The position numbers and the translations under genes were made by a program. A model generated the notes under the pieces. That model ran no database searches. It was not told the DNA's origin and saw nothing but the letters and a program-made list of their open reading frames with translations. A stretch of DNA of 64,000 nucleotides from NCBI GenBank assembly GCA_013214705.1, contig JABSRZ010000007.1:3951-67950 (forward strand). The letters are read 5' to 3'. Positions 9,361 through 17,742 of this stretch are shown piece after piece; within the stretch, counting starts at the first letter, position 1, and each line of letters begins with the position of its first letter. This DNA comes from Hyphomicrobiales bacterium (GTDB taxonomy: Bacteria; Pseudomonadota; Alphaproteobacteria; Rhizobiales; OSC116).

Positions 9361-11004
9361 TTACTTTGCCTCGGCAATTAAGTTGGCCAACTGATTTTGT
9401 ACGGATAGCAAATCGTCTACTTCTATATTATTATTGGTAGGGCCAACTAGTTTCAGCAATTCTTGTTTTGAGGTGTGGCGCACTATATTGCCAAACTGAT
9501 CTCGAGGAATATCGGGTATTTTATAGAGCTCCAAAGGTATTTTATGGGTTGCGATAAGTTTGTTTTTAAGAAATTCCACAATCTCGTGATGCAGAATTAC
9601 CGAACCAACCTTTGGTACGATGGCTAAAACTGGTTTTTGACCTAGTAATTTATCGTCAAATACCAGAATCGCTGCGTCCTCTACGCCATGATAATTTAAT
9701 AATTCTAATTCTATATCGGCGAAATTTACCAGCATATTACCAACGGTAACATTGGACTCGTTACCAGTGTTTACATTAACGATAATGTCGGTATTTGTTC
9801 GATTGTTAACTTTTGCGGTATTGGTGGGTAAAAAACTACACGATATTTGCCAAACTGATTGCTCCGCTGCATTGACATATTCGGTCAGAATTATATTGTC
9901 TTTAGTCTCGCCATCAAGCAGGGCATATGAGTGGTTTTTGCACTCGATTTGATTAGTTTGAGATGTCCGCAGGCAAGGTATAAATGCATACTCGTTGAAT
10001 GTGGTTATATCTATGATGTTTTCATTGGGCGTAACTTGTGCTGATTTTGCGTGTATTTTGTTGATGAGAATAAGTTTAGAAAGGCCTTGATTGAACAAAG
10101 CAGAAACCAAATTTGGTTCATCAAATGCGGCTGGTAATAATAATATGGCTTTATTGGTCTCGATGTTTTGAAATTCGGTGGCCATTAGGCCATCAAAACA
10201 CACGAGTGCAGCCTCTGTAAGCGCCCAACTAACTATGGTTGTGGCGCAGGTGGCAATGCTGGTCGGCGGGAAAGGGTTGGATATGTTGTTGCCGATGCTT
10301 GGTTTGGCCAAGCTATTGAATATATTTGCAGCGGCGATAAGTTGGTTATGAGTATGGTAAAACGGGGTATTGCTGCCTTTAACATCTTTTGAAAATGTAA
10401 TAAGACATGGGCTATCGGCATCAACAGCGCGGTAATCATCTGGTTTTAAAACGATAAGATCGTTGGTAACTTGAGCATTAAAATATTCATCTAGCGCGAT
10501 ACAGCCATCGACATTGCCACCGCCGATGGAAAATAACAGTCTCAACGACGAAATATCGAAACCAATCTGATACATTAATTCGCTATAATTGAAGCCATCA
10601 TGCAATATTGGGCTGATGAAGGCTTGTGGTGATATGCGGATGAGGGCTTGTTTGATGTCATGCTCGCGCCACAATGTGGGCAAAGGCGCAACCACCATGC
10701 CTTGTTGCCAACAGGCTAAATATAGTATTTGGCTCTCGATAGAATTTGGCAACTGAAGTGCCAAAATGTCGCCAGTTTTTAAACCCGAAAACAAAAGTTG
10801 CCGGGCAACATTATCTATAATGGTTTGAATTTGGGCGTATTTGAGTTTTATAAATTGGTCTTGGCAAATTGAATAGCCTGAAAGGCCAACATCTGAACGA
10901 TTGGTTTGGGTTTTTTGGCGGAAGTGGAAATCTATAGATTTTTTGCCCCATATATTTCGGGATATAAAATGTTCTATATCATCAGAATTTTCGATTATGC
11001 TCAT
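9361..11004 (-). CDS. ANL-superfamily (acyl-CoA synthetase/AMP-ligase-like) protein with degenerate catalytic motifs
   Basis: 547 aa. The N-terminal region (GDILALQLPNSIESQILYLACWQQGMVVAPLP) and the C-terminal subdomain (GVEDAAILVFDDKLLGQKPVLAIVPK...IPDIPRDQFGNIVR) align to the ANL pattern. The A3, A7, A8 and A10 motifs are non-canonical. Confidence 0.55.
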   Translation of the reverse strand: MSIIENSDDIEHFISRNIWGKKSIDFHFRQKTQTNRSDVGLSGYSICQDQFIKLKYAQIQTIIDNVARQLLFSGLKTGDILALQLPNSIESQILYLACWQQGMVVAPLPTLWREHDIKQALIRISPQAFISPILHDGFNYSELMYQIGFDISSLRLLFSIGGGNVDGCIALDEYFNAQVTNDLIVLKPDDYRAVDADSPCLITFSKDVKGSNTPFYHTHNQLIAAANIFNSLAKPSIGNNISNPFPPTSIATCATTIVSWALTEAALVCFDGLMATEFQNIETNKAILLLPAAFDEPNLVSALFNQGLSKLILINKIHAKSAQVTPNENIIDITTFNEYAFIPCLRTSQTNQIECKNHSYALLDGETKDNIILTEYVNAAEQSVWQISCSFLPTNTAKVNNRTNTDIIVNVNTGNESNVTVGNMLVNFADIELELLNYHGVEDAAILVFDDKLLGQKPVLAIVPKVGSVILHHEIVEFLKNKLIATHKIPLELYKIPDIPRDQFGNIVRHTSKQELLKLVGPTNNNIEVDDLLSVQNQLANLIAEAK

Positions 11005-11200
11005 GAGAAAACCAGCCTTTTATTTTAATTTATCTGATTCTCTAAAAATTGCCTATAAATGAAGAGAATCGGCGGAATTTTATAAATTATACTTATCGTT
11101 AAGCAAATTAATGATATTTTTATTTTGCCTTATTATTTACCTATTTATCGTAGTATGATGAGTGCAGTTGAAATTGAATTATATAAAGCGAGTCGAGTGT

Positions 11201-11806
11201 ATGTTTTCGAAATTTATTAAAAATGCAAAATCAGTGGCGGTTATTGGGGCTTTAGTTTTGGGCGCAAGTGTTGGCATTAGTGCCGAAGCGGCTGAGGATA
11301 CTAAACCTTTGCATTGGTTAAAAAAATGCATAACCAATAAAGATTCCATTCGTACATGTATGATTACGGAAGCCATTATATTAGAAAACAATGCCACCAA
11401 AGTTAAAATCCAACTGGCATCCGTGCGCATTCAAACCATTAGCAATTCAAAACGCATGACTATGTTCATTCAAGTGCCAAACAAAATTTTGCTACAATCT
11501 GGACTGCGTTTTCAGGTTGATTCGGGCACAACCCGGGTTACGCCCTTTACCATTTGTTTTGACAAGGTATGTGAAGCGCAGGTGAATTTGACAGAAGAAT
11601 TTGTAACCACCATGAAAAAAGGTAATTTTGTTACCTTGAATTTTTTACGGTTTGACGGCCAACCGCTTAAGTTTCAAATTCCGTTAGCTGGGTTTACAGC
11701 AGGGTTTAACAGCAAGGGTGCTGAACTTACCGATGCGCAAAAAGCATCGCTAGCGCCAACGCCAGCTGTTGCGTCAGAGCCTAAGCCATTGCCAGACTCA
11801 CAATAG
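11201..11806 (+). CDS. Invasion-associated locus B (IalB) family periplasmic protein
   Basis: Signal peptide MFSKFIKNAKSVAVIGALVLGASVGISAEA. The conserved W..C...C pattern and the C-terminal PLAGFTAGF motif are typical of IalB. I prefer ATG at 11201 over the GTG at 11162 in the ORF track. Confidence 0.7.
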   Translation: MFSKFIKNAKSVAVIGALVLGASVGISAEAAEDTKPLHWLKKCITNKDSIRTCMITEAIILENNATKVKIQLASVRIQTISNSKRMTMFIQVPNKILLQSGLRFQVDSGTTRVTPFTICFDKVCEAQVNLTEEFVTTMKKGNFVTLNFLRFDGQPLKFQIPLAGFTAGFNSKGAELTDAQKASLAPTPAVASEPKPLPDSQ

Positions 11807-11822
11807 AAAATTCACAGACGAC

Positions 11823-11854
11823 AAAGGCCGCAATCATGTTTGCGGCCTTTTTTT
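11823..11854 (+). terminator. Rho-independent terminator after the ialB-like gene
   Basis: AAAGGCCGCA-atcatgtt-TGCGGCCTTT (10-bp stem) followed by a T tract. It lies between convergent genes. Confidence 0.8.
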
Positions 11855-11869
11855 ATGTCGAAAAGAAAA

Positions 11870-12193
11870 TTAGTTATAATTTTGATTAAGCGACTTTAAG
11901 TCACCCTGATTGTTGACCGAAAAATAATCTTCTAAATCGGGATGGTCAAACGGCATAACATCTACATCAGATAGCAAATTTTGCTCTGAAACATAGGCTT
12001 TGTATGATTCGTCTTCATTTAATGCCAGTAAATGATAATAGGGTTGCTCTTTTTTGGGCCTGATTTCCGCGGGAATTCCCAGCCACCATTCTTCATCATT
12101 ATTAAACTCTGGGTCTACGTCTATAATAATACCAGAAAATTTAAACAACCGATGAATTACCCGATCGCCAATTCCAAATTTTGCCGAAGTCAT
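11870..12193 (-). CDS. hspQ: Heat-shock protein HspQ (YccV-like hemimethylated-DNA-binding domain)
   Basis: SAKFGIGDRVIHRLFKFSGIIIDVDPEF...PYYHLL...YVSEQNLL closely follows the E. coli HspQ pattern. I chose the start at the ATG giving MTSAKFGIG; the ORF track extends to a TTG at 12205. Confidence 0.8.
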   Translation of the reverse strand: MTSAKFGIGDRVIHRLFKFSGIIIDVDPEFNNDEEWWLGIPAEIRPKKEQPYYHLLALNEDESYKAYVSEQNLLSDVDVMPFDHPDLEDYFSVNNQGDLKSLNQNYN

Positions 12194-12288
12194 TTTCATG
12201 TTCAATACTCAACTTACATATATAATGAGTTTGTATTTTGTCATAAAATGACTCAATCACATATTAAAATATTGAGATTTGAGTATTT

Positions 12289-13233
12289 ATGAACATACTA
12301 ATTGACATTGTATCTCCGTTTTTTTTCCTAATATTTTTAGGTTTTAGTTTTGGTAAAATATTTAGCGGTGATGATAGTGGGTTGTATTGGTTAAATAAAT
12401 TCATTGTTTATTTGGCAGTGCCATCGTTATTATTTTCATTATTATCCAAATCGGCTATAGAGGAAATTGCCAATTTTAATTTCATCGCCACCACCACTTT
12501 ATTAACATTTGTGGTGTTTTCGGTCAGTTTTACCTATTTGGTTTACCTGCGTAAAAAACGAATCGGTGACAGCGCACTCTATGCGGCCAGCAGTAGTTTT
12601 AGCAATGGTGGTTATATGGGTGTGCCACTCATGGTCGCTCTATTAGGCGATGAAGCCATTATACCCGCCACTTTGGTTTTGACGTTTGACAATATCTTAC
12701 ATTTTATCATCATACCTTTAATTGTTGGGCGAAATGATGAAGGGTCTAAATTTAGCCGGTTGATGTTTGGCTTGAAAGAATTGATTAAGAACCCGTTTTT
12801 AATCGCATCTATTTTGGGGATTTTGGTTTCAGCAATAGATTTTGGCACTCCAGACTTGATCGTTAGTTTGACCGACCAAATGGGTCAAGCAGCTATTCCT
12901 ACAGCTTTATTTTCATTGGGTCTCTCGCTGGCATTGTCTAAATTCTCGGTGTTGAGTTTAGACAAATTTTTGCTGATATTTATGAAATTATTCATCCATC
13001 CGGTTCTGGTGGCTGTGGTGATTATCTCTATGGGCATTTTCGACCCGGTGTGGACAGCATCGGCGATTATTATGGCCAGTCTGCCGACCGCCCTGTCGGT
13101 CTATATGATGGCCAGACAATATGGCAAAGATGCGGAAACCGTCTCATCTATAACATTTTTTGGCACTGTAGTTTCAATTGGCACTATTTCGTTGGTTATT
13201 TTTCTGGTCGATGCCTATATCTTGAAAATTTAG
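12289..13233 (+). CDS. AEC (auxin efflux carrier) family transporter
   Basis: 314-aa protein with about 10 TM helices and the two-repeat Mem_trans-like organisation. Confidence 0.75.
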   Translation: MNILIDIVSPFFFLIFLGFSFGKIFSGDDSGLYWLNKFIVYLAVPSLLFSLLSKSAIEEIANFNFIATTTLLTFVVFSVSFTYLVYLRKKRIGDSALYAASSSFSNGGYMGVPLMVALLGDEAIIPATLVLTFDNILHFIIIPLIVGRNDEGSKFSRLMFGLKELIKNPFLIASILGILVSAIDFGTPDLIVSLTDQMGQAAIPTALFSLGLSLALSKFSVLSLDKFLLIFMKLFIHPVLVAVVIISMGIFDPVWTASAIIMASLPTALSVYMMARQYGKDAETVSSITFFGTVVSIGTISLVIFLVDAYILKI

Positions 13234-14471
13234 CGCATGGTGGCCGGGGTTTTACCCAACGGGTGAAGGGCTTTTTTCATTATACTTGTGCGCAAGAATT
13301 TTGATGATTGCAACATAAACAAGCCCAGCCCACGGGCAAATTGCACGGGCAATAAATTACTCAGCAAACTGATATTAAGTAGGTCTGTGGCCTTGCCACG
13401 GGCGCTGATGTCGGTTTTGCGGTGCTGGTTATATAATTGCATCATTTGGTCTGAGCCAATATCAGCGCCAGAACCCGAATTTTCATTTAGGACATTGCCT
13501 ATGAGTTCATCGGCAATTGCGGCGTCCTGAAACCCCAAATTCATACCCTGTGCGCCAATGGGCGGCAATATATGAGCCGCTTCGCCAACCAATATGGTGC
13601 GGTTTTGTGCGTAGGTTGAACAATTTGTATTGGTGAGCGGGAAGCCAGCGATAAAACCAATTTCGGTCACCTCGCCGACTATGCCATTGGTATATTTCTC
13701 AATAAGCACGGCGATTTTTTCTTGCGGATATTGTTTAATTTCAGCGGCCATTTGGTTGGATTCGGACCAAACCAAGCTGGTTTGCGAGCTGTCGGATAAA
13801 TTTTGCATCGGAATCAGCGTGAAAGGGCCATTTTTACGATGAAATTCGACCGATGTGTCGCCCAAATCGCGGGTGTGTTTGAACGCAAACCCCAAGGCGG
13901 TTTGAGGATAGGTTTTGGTGCTGGTGGTTATTTTTGCACTGGTGCGTGCGAAACTATTGCGGCCATCGGCGCCAATTAGCAATTTGGATGTTAGCTTTGT
14001 GTTGTCTTTTAACTCGATCTCCAAAGCCTTGGGCCGTTGTTCAATATGCTTTATTTCATTGCCAAAAATAGTGGTAATATTTTTGTGGTTGGGCAATTGC
14101 GCGCAAAGAGTTTGCAAAATTTTACCCATAGGTATGTTGAGCGCAAAATAGTCATAACCAACTTCTTGCGCGGTAAACACCACTTCGGGCGCCCGCAATA
14201 GTCTATTTGTGGCGTCCACAATATGCAGTTTTCTCAACGGTCTAGAAAGTGACAAAAATTCATCGAATATGCCCAGATATTTTAACACATTAAGTGAGGG
14301 CTGCATGAGCGCGATGTTACGTGTGTCATCGACTTTGGTTATTATATTTTCCGGTTTTGGGTCGATAATGGCTATGTTTAAGTCGCGTTTTGCCAATAAT
14401 AATGCCGTCACCAGGCCAATTGAACCTGCCCCTGATATGACTATGTCAAAATTTAAAATTGGTTTGTTCAT
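13230..14471 (-). CDS. FAD-dependent monooxygenase, UbiH/UbiF/VisC/COQ6 family
   Basis: GAGSIGL dinucleotide-binding motif and the GEAAHILPPIGAQGMNLGFQDA fingerprint. Its start overlaps the stop of the upstream amine oxidase gene (ATGA). Confidence 0.8.
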   Translation of the reverse strand: MNKPILNFDIVISGAGSIGLVTALLLAKRDLNIAIIDPKPENIITKVDDTRNIALMQPSLNVLKYLGIFDEFLSLSRPLRKLHIVDATNRLLRAPEVVFTAQEVGYDYFALNIPMGKILQTLCAQLPNHKNITTIFGNEIKHIEQRPKALEIELKDNTKLTSKLLIGADGRNSFARTSAKITTSTKTYPQTALGFAFKHTRDLGDTSVEFHRKNGPFTLIPMQNLSDSSQTSLVWSESNQMAAEIKQYPQEKIAVLIEKYTNGIVGEVTEIGFIAGFPLTNTNCSTYAQNRTILVGEAAHILPPIGAQGMNLGFQDAAIADELIGNVLNENSGSGADIGSDQMMQLYNQHRKTDISARGKATDLLNISLLSNLLPVQFARGLGLFMLQSSKFLRTSIMKKALHPLGKTPATMR

Positions 14472-16468
14472 GGATTATTTATCTCTGTTACGGGCGGCTG
14501 TATAATTGGCTCAAGTGGTTTGAAAAATTCTGGCACATCCATAGTAGGGTTCTGATCGAAAAAATTATACGGTCTTAAAGTCAGTTTCATGAACATCGTC
14601 GGCATTATTGGCCAATCTTCAGTCCTTGGTATGTGGTCGAAACCTATAGTTGGCCACAATACAATGTCTTGATTCTGAATGTCTTGCCCGTCCTCGACAA
14701 ATTTAACAATGCCTTCGCCGCCTTGGCTTTGATTTGGGTAATCTCCTGCTGAATATAATTCTTTGGGGTTATATCGACTTACCCATAACGGATTGAGGGT
14801 GAAAAGCGCGCGTTTTTGTGAATCGTCTTCAGTTGATATGCTGGTGCCTTGATGCCCCAAAATAAGTTGATAAGACGGGTTGTGTTTTAGTTTGGTTTTT
14901 TTGTTGGGGTTTATCACTCGCCATTGTTTTTCCGATTGGTTGACCGATATGCCGCCTTCTTTGGTGATGTTTAGCTGTTTTCTCACCCATATGCTGCGCC
15001 TGACGCTGTCTTTCGGCAATTCTACCAGCTCCACTATATCTGTCACCAGTTGGTTATTGCTGCCATCTACGTCCAAATCCAACCTGAATGAAAAATGATG
15101 GCTGTGATTTGGCCCGACTATAGCTGGTGCGATTAGCGACCCGTATTGGGTATCTTCTGCTGCCGACAAATCATCCATAGTGAGGGATTTAGCACCCTTT
15201 GCGGCCAATATACCCGACGCGCCAATGCGTATATCTATATTGCCGGTTTGTTGGAATACAAAATCAATTATATAATCGTAATTGCCCAAAACCGGTATGG
15301 TTCTGACCACCAGTTCGACTTGGGGACGGGTTTGGTTTGAATATTCGCCAGAGATGCCATGCCGCCATAATGGGTCGCCAATATTGCGTTCAAAAATGCA
15401 AACGGCGCGTTCTATTTGGAATACATCACCATCGTCATTGGGTAGGTTTATGGTTAAATACGTGGCAGCAACCGGGCAATCTGCACCCGGGGTTAGGGAG
15501 CTTGCTAGCAAGCCTAAGCCAAATTCACCATTGTCTAAAAATGTGCGATAATACCAGTTTTCGCTGGGGTCTTGATAAGGCACAAACATTTCGGCAAGTG
15601 ACATTTGGTATGCCACATCGCGCAGTCTGCCGGCGTCGTTAAATTTTACCATGGAAATTATCGTGCCAACGCGTTTATCCACCCGCGCATGAAATTGCCA
15701 ATTTTGCCACTCGATGCTAACGCCATCGGTAATTTTATAATTTGCGCCTTGAGGTGAGATCGAAAACACGGCGTTGAGGGCTGGGCGGTTATTGCTGCCA
15801 CTCTCATAATCAAATATAGGTGCTGGCGTGGGTATGACGCCAGTGTCGACAATTTCCAACACTTGTTTGGCCTCCACGTCTACCACGGCGAACAAGCCTT
15901 CTATCGGTCGGCCATAAAGATGGTTTTTAGAATGACTGCGCTCGTAACATGGGACTTTGAATATACGTTTAAAACCGTAATTTTTCTTCGCAAAATGGCC
16001 GGCTGGGTTGGGTGAGCAATAGACATTGTCTAAATTTGCAATGCCACGCTTTTTAAGTGCGGCCAAAAAATCGGCATCTTTTAGGGTTAATTCACGCGCG
16101 ATGTGCCATTCGCCGGACATGACGCTTGGCTGAACATTTTTAATATGCGTTTGGCTAATGATGCTGGCGGTGCTGAGGTTTAATTCCACCTCATAGGTTC
16201 GCTGGTTTTTATACAGCACAATTTTTGCCATGCGGGTGATAGGGTCGCCTTTTTGCCAAGTTTTCAATATTTTTTTGGGCATTTCCAGTAGGCCAATATA
16301 GGGGTATTGGGTGGCATCATCGGCGATATTCTGTTGTTTTAGGATGGCAATAGTTTGCACCAATTCATCGGCGGTTAGGGCATCCATCGGGTGGGTGACC
16401 ACGGCCAAAACGGTGGTTGGCGAGATGCTAAGAATTAATATTGAAATAAATTTAAAAATGTTGTTCAT
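14468..16468 (-). CDS. tynA: Copper-containing (topaquinone) primary amine oxidase, secreted
   Basis: 666 aa with a signal peptide. The TPQ consensus is present as GNYDY, and the copper-ligand histidine region reads HSHHFSFRLDLDVDG. Confidence 0.9.
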   Translation of the reverse strand: MNNIFKFISILILSISPTTVLAVVTHPMDALTADELVQTIAILKQQNIADDATQYPYIGLLEMPKKILKTWQKGDPITRMAKIVLYKNQRTYEVELNLSTASIISQTHIKNVQPSVMSGEWHIARELTLKDADFLAALKKRGIANLDNVYCSPNPAGHFAKKNYGFKRIFKVPCYERSHSKNHLYGRPIEGLFAVVDVEAKQVLEIVDTGVIPTPAPIFDYESGSNNRPALNAVFSISPQGANYKITDGVSIEWQNWQFHARVDKRVGTIISMVKFNDAGRLRDVAYQMSLAEMFVPYQDPSENWYYRTFLDNGEFGLGLLASSLTPGADCPVAATYLTINLPNDDGDVFQIERAVCIFERNIGDPLWRHGISGEYSNQTRPQVELVVRTIPVLGNYDYIIDFVFQQTGNIDIRIGASGILAAKGAKSLTMDDLSAAEDTQYGSLIAPAIVGPNHSHHFSFRLDLDVDGSNNQLVTDIVELVELPKDSVRRSIWVRKQLNITKEGGISVNQSEKQWRVINPNKKTKLKHNPSYQLILGHQGTSISTEDDSQKRALFTLNPLWVSRYNPKELYSAGDYPNQSQGGEGIVKFVEDGQDIQNQDIVLWPTIGFDHIPRTEDWPIMPTMFMKLTLRPYNFFDQNPTMDVPEFFKPLEPIIQPPVTEINNP

Positions 16469-16599
16469 TATTACCTATATGGTTTAGATTTTGGCTCATT
16501 ATTATTAACTTACATCCGAAAATAATGACATGATTCATTTGTTCTGGAAAAATATTACCAAATGATTTGATTTGCATCAATATAGAATGGATAGATAAC

Positions 16600-17742
16600 A
16601 TGGCCAATGACTACCCGCTAAAGGGCGTAAAAGTTTTGGATTTAAGCCGCGTGTTAGCTGGCCCTTGGGCAAGCCAAACATTGGCAGATTTAGGCGCTAT
16701 AGTCCTAAAAATTGAAAAGCCAAATGGTGGCGACGATACAAGAAGTTGGGGACCGCCCTATATTAGCCATGGAGATGAAAAAATATCGGCCTATTTTTGT
16801 GCTGCAAATAGAGGTAAAAAATCTATATGTGTAGATATATCTAGCCCAGAGGGTCAACTGAAAATACGCGCATTGCTGGCCGATTGCGATATATTGATCG
16901 AAAATTTTAAAGTCGGCGGGCTTAAAAAATATGGATTAGACTATGAAACGCTAAAGGCTGATTTCCCGCGATTGATATATTGTTCCATCACCGGGTTTGG
17001 GCAAACCGGACCTGATGCCCATAAGCCTGGCTATGATTTTATGATACAGGCGATGGGCGGGTTGATGAGCATCACCGGCGATGAAGCGAGTGGCCCGATG
17101 AAAGTTGGCGTGGCGGTTACGGACTTGTTTACCGGCATGTACGCGGTCACCGCTATCCAAGCCGCGATGATAGAAAGGTTTGGCAGCGGGCTAGGCCAAC
17201 ATATAGATTTGGCTTTGTTTGATTGCCAGTTGGCCATGTTGGCAAACCAAGGCAGCAATAGCCTTAACAGCCAAATAACTCCCAAATTAATGGGCAATAG
17301 ACACCCAAACATTGTGCCTTATCAAAGTTTTAAAAGCCAAGATGGATATTTTATTTTGGCTATTGGAAATGACATACAGTTTTCGGCCTTTTGCGCCTTA
17401 TTGGGTGAGACGTGGGCGCAGGATGAGCGGTTTGCCACCAATGAAAATAGGGTGGTTAACCGAGATTTGTTGGCCGATATGATTGGCGCAGCACTGTCGT
17501 TAAAGTCGACAAGTTATTGGCTAGAAATATTGGCTGAACAAGGCATACCGGCCGGGCGGATAAATAATGTAGATGAAGCGTTGGCTGAACCACAAGCTAT
17601 CGCCAGAGATATGGTCATAGACGTAAATGTTGCGGGCATCGGGCAAGTTAGGGTGGTTGGCACGCCGATTAAGATGTCACGCTCTCGCACGGGCGCAGAT
17701 AGCGCGCCACCACGGCTAAACCAACATGGTGAAGACGTATGA
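16600..17742 (+). CDS. Family III CoA-transferase (CaiB/BaiF family)
   Basis: The N-terminal GVKVLDLSRVLAGPWASQTLADLGAIVLKIEKPNGGDDTRSWGPPY is a classic family III signature. I chose ATG at 16600. The stop overlaps the dctB start (ATGA). Confidence 0.85.
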   Translation: MANDYPLKGVKVLDLSRVLAGPWASQTLADLGAIVLKIEKPNGGDDTRSWGPPYISHGDEKISAYFCAANRGKKSICVDISSPEGQLKIRALLADCDILIENFKVGGLKKYGLDYETLKADFPRLIYCSITGFGQTGPDAHKPGYDFMIQAMGGLMSITGDEASGPMKVGVAVTDLFTGMYAVTAIQAAMIERFGSGLGQHIDLALFDCQLAMLANQGSNSLNSQITPKLMGNRHPNIVPYQSFKSQDGYFILAIGNDIQFSAFCALLGETWAQDERFATNENRVVNRDLLADMIGAALSLKSTSYWLEILAEQGIPAGRINNVDEALAEPQAIARDMVIDVNVAGIGQVRVVGTPIKMSRSRTGADSAPPRLNQHGEDV

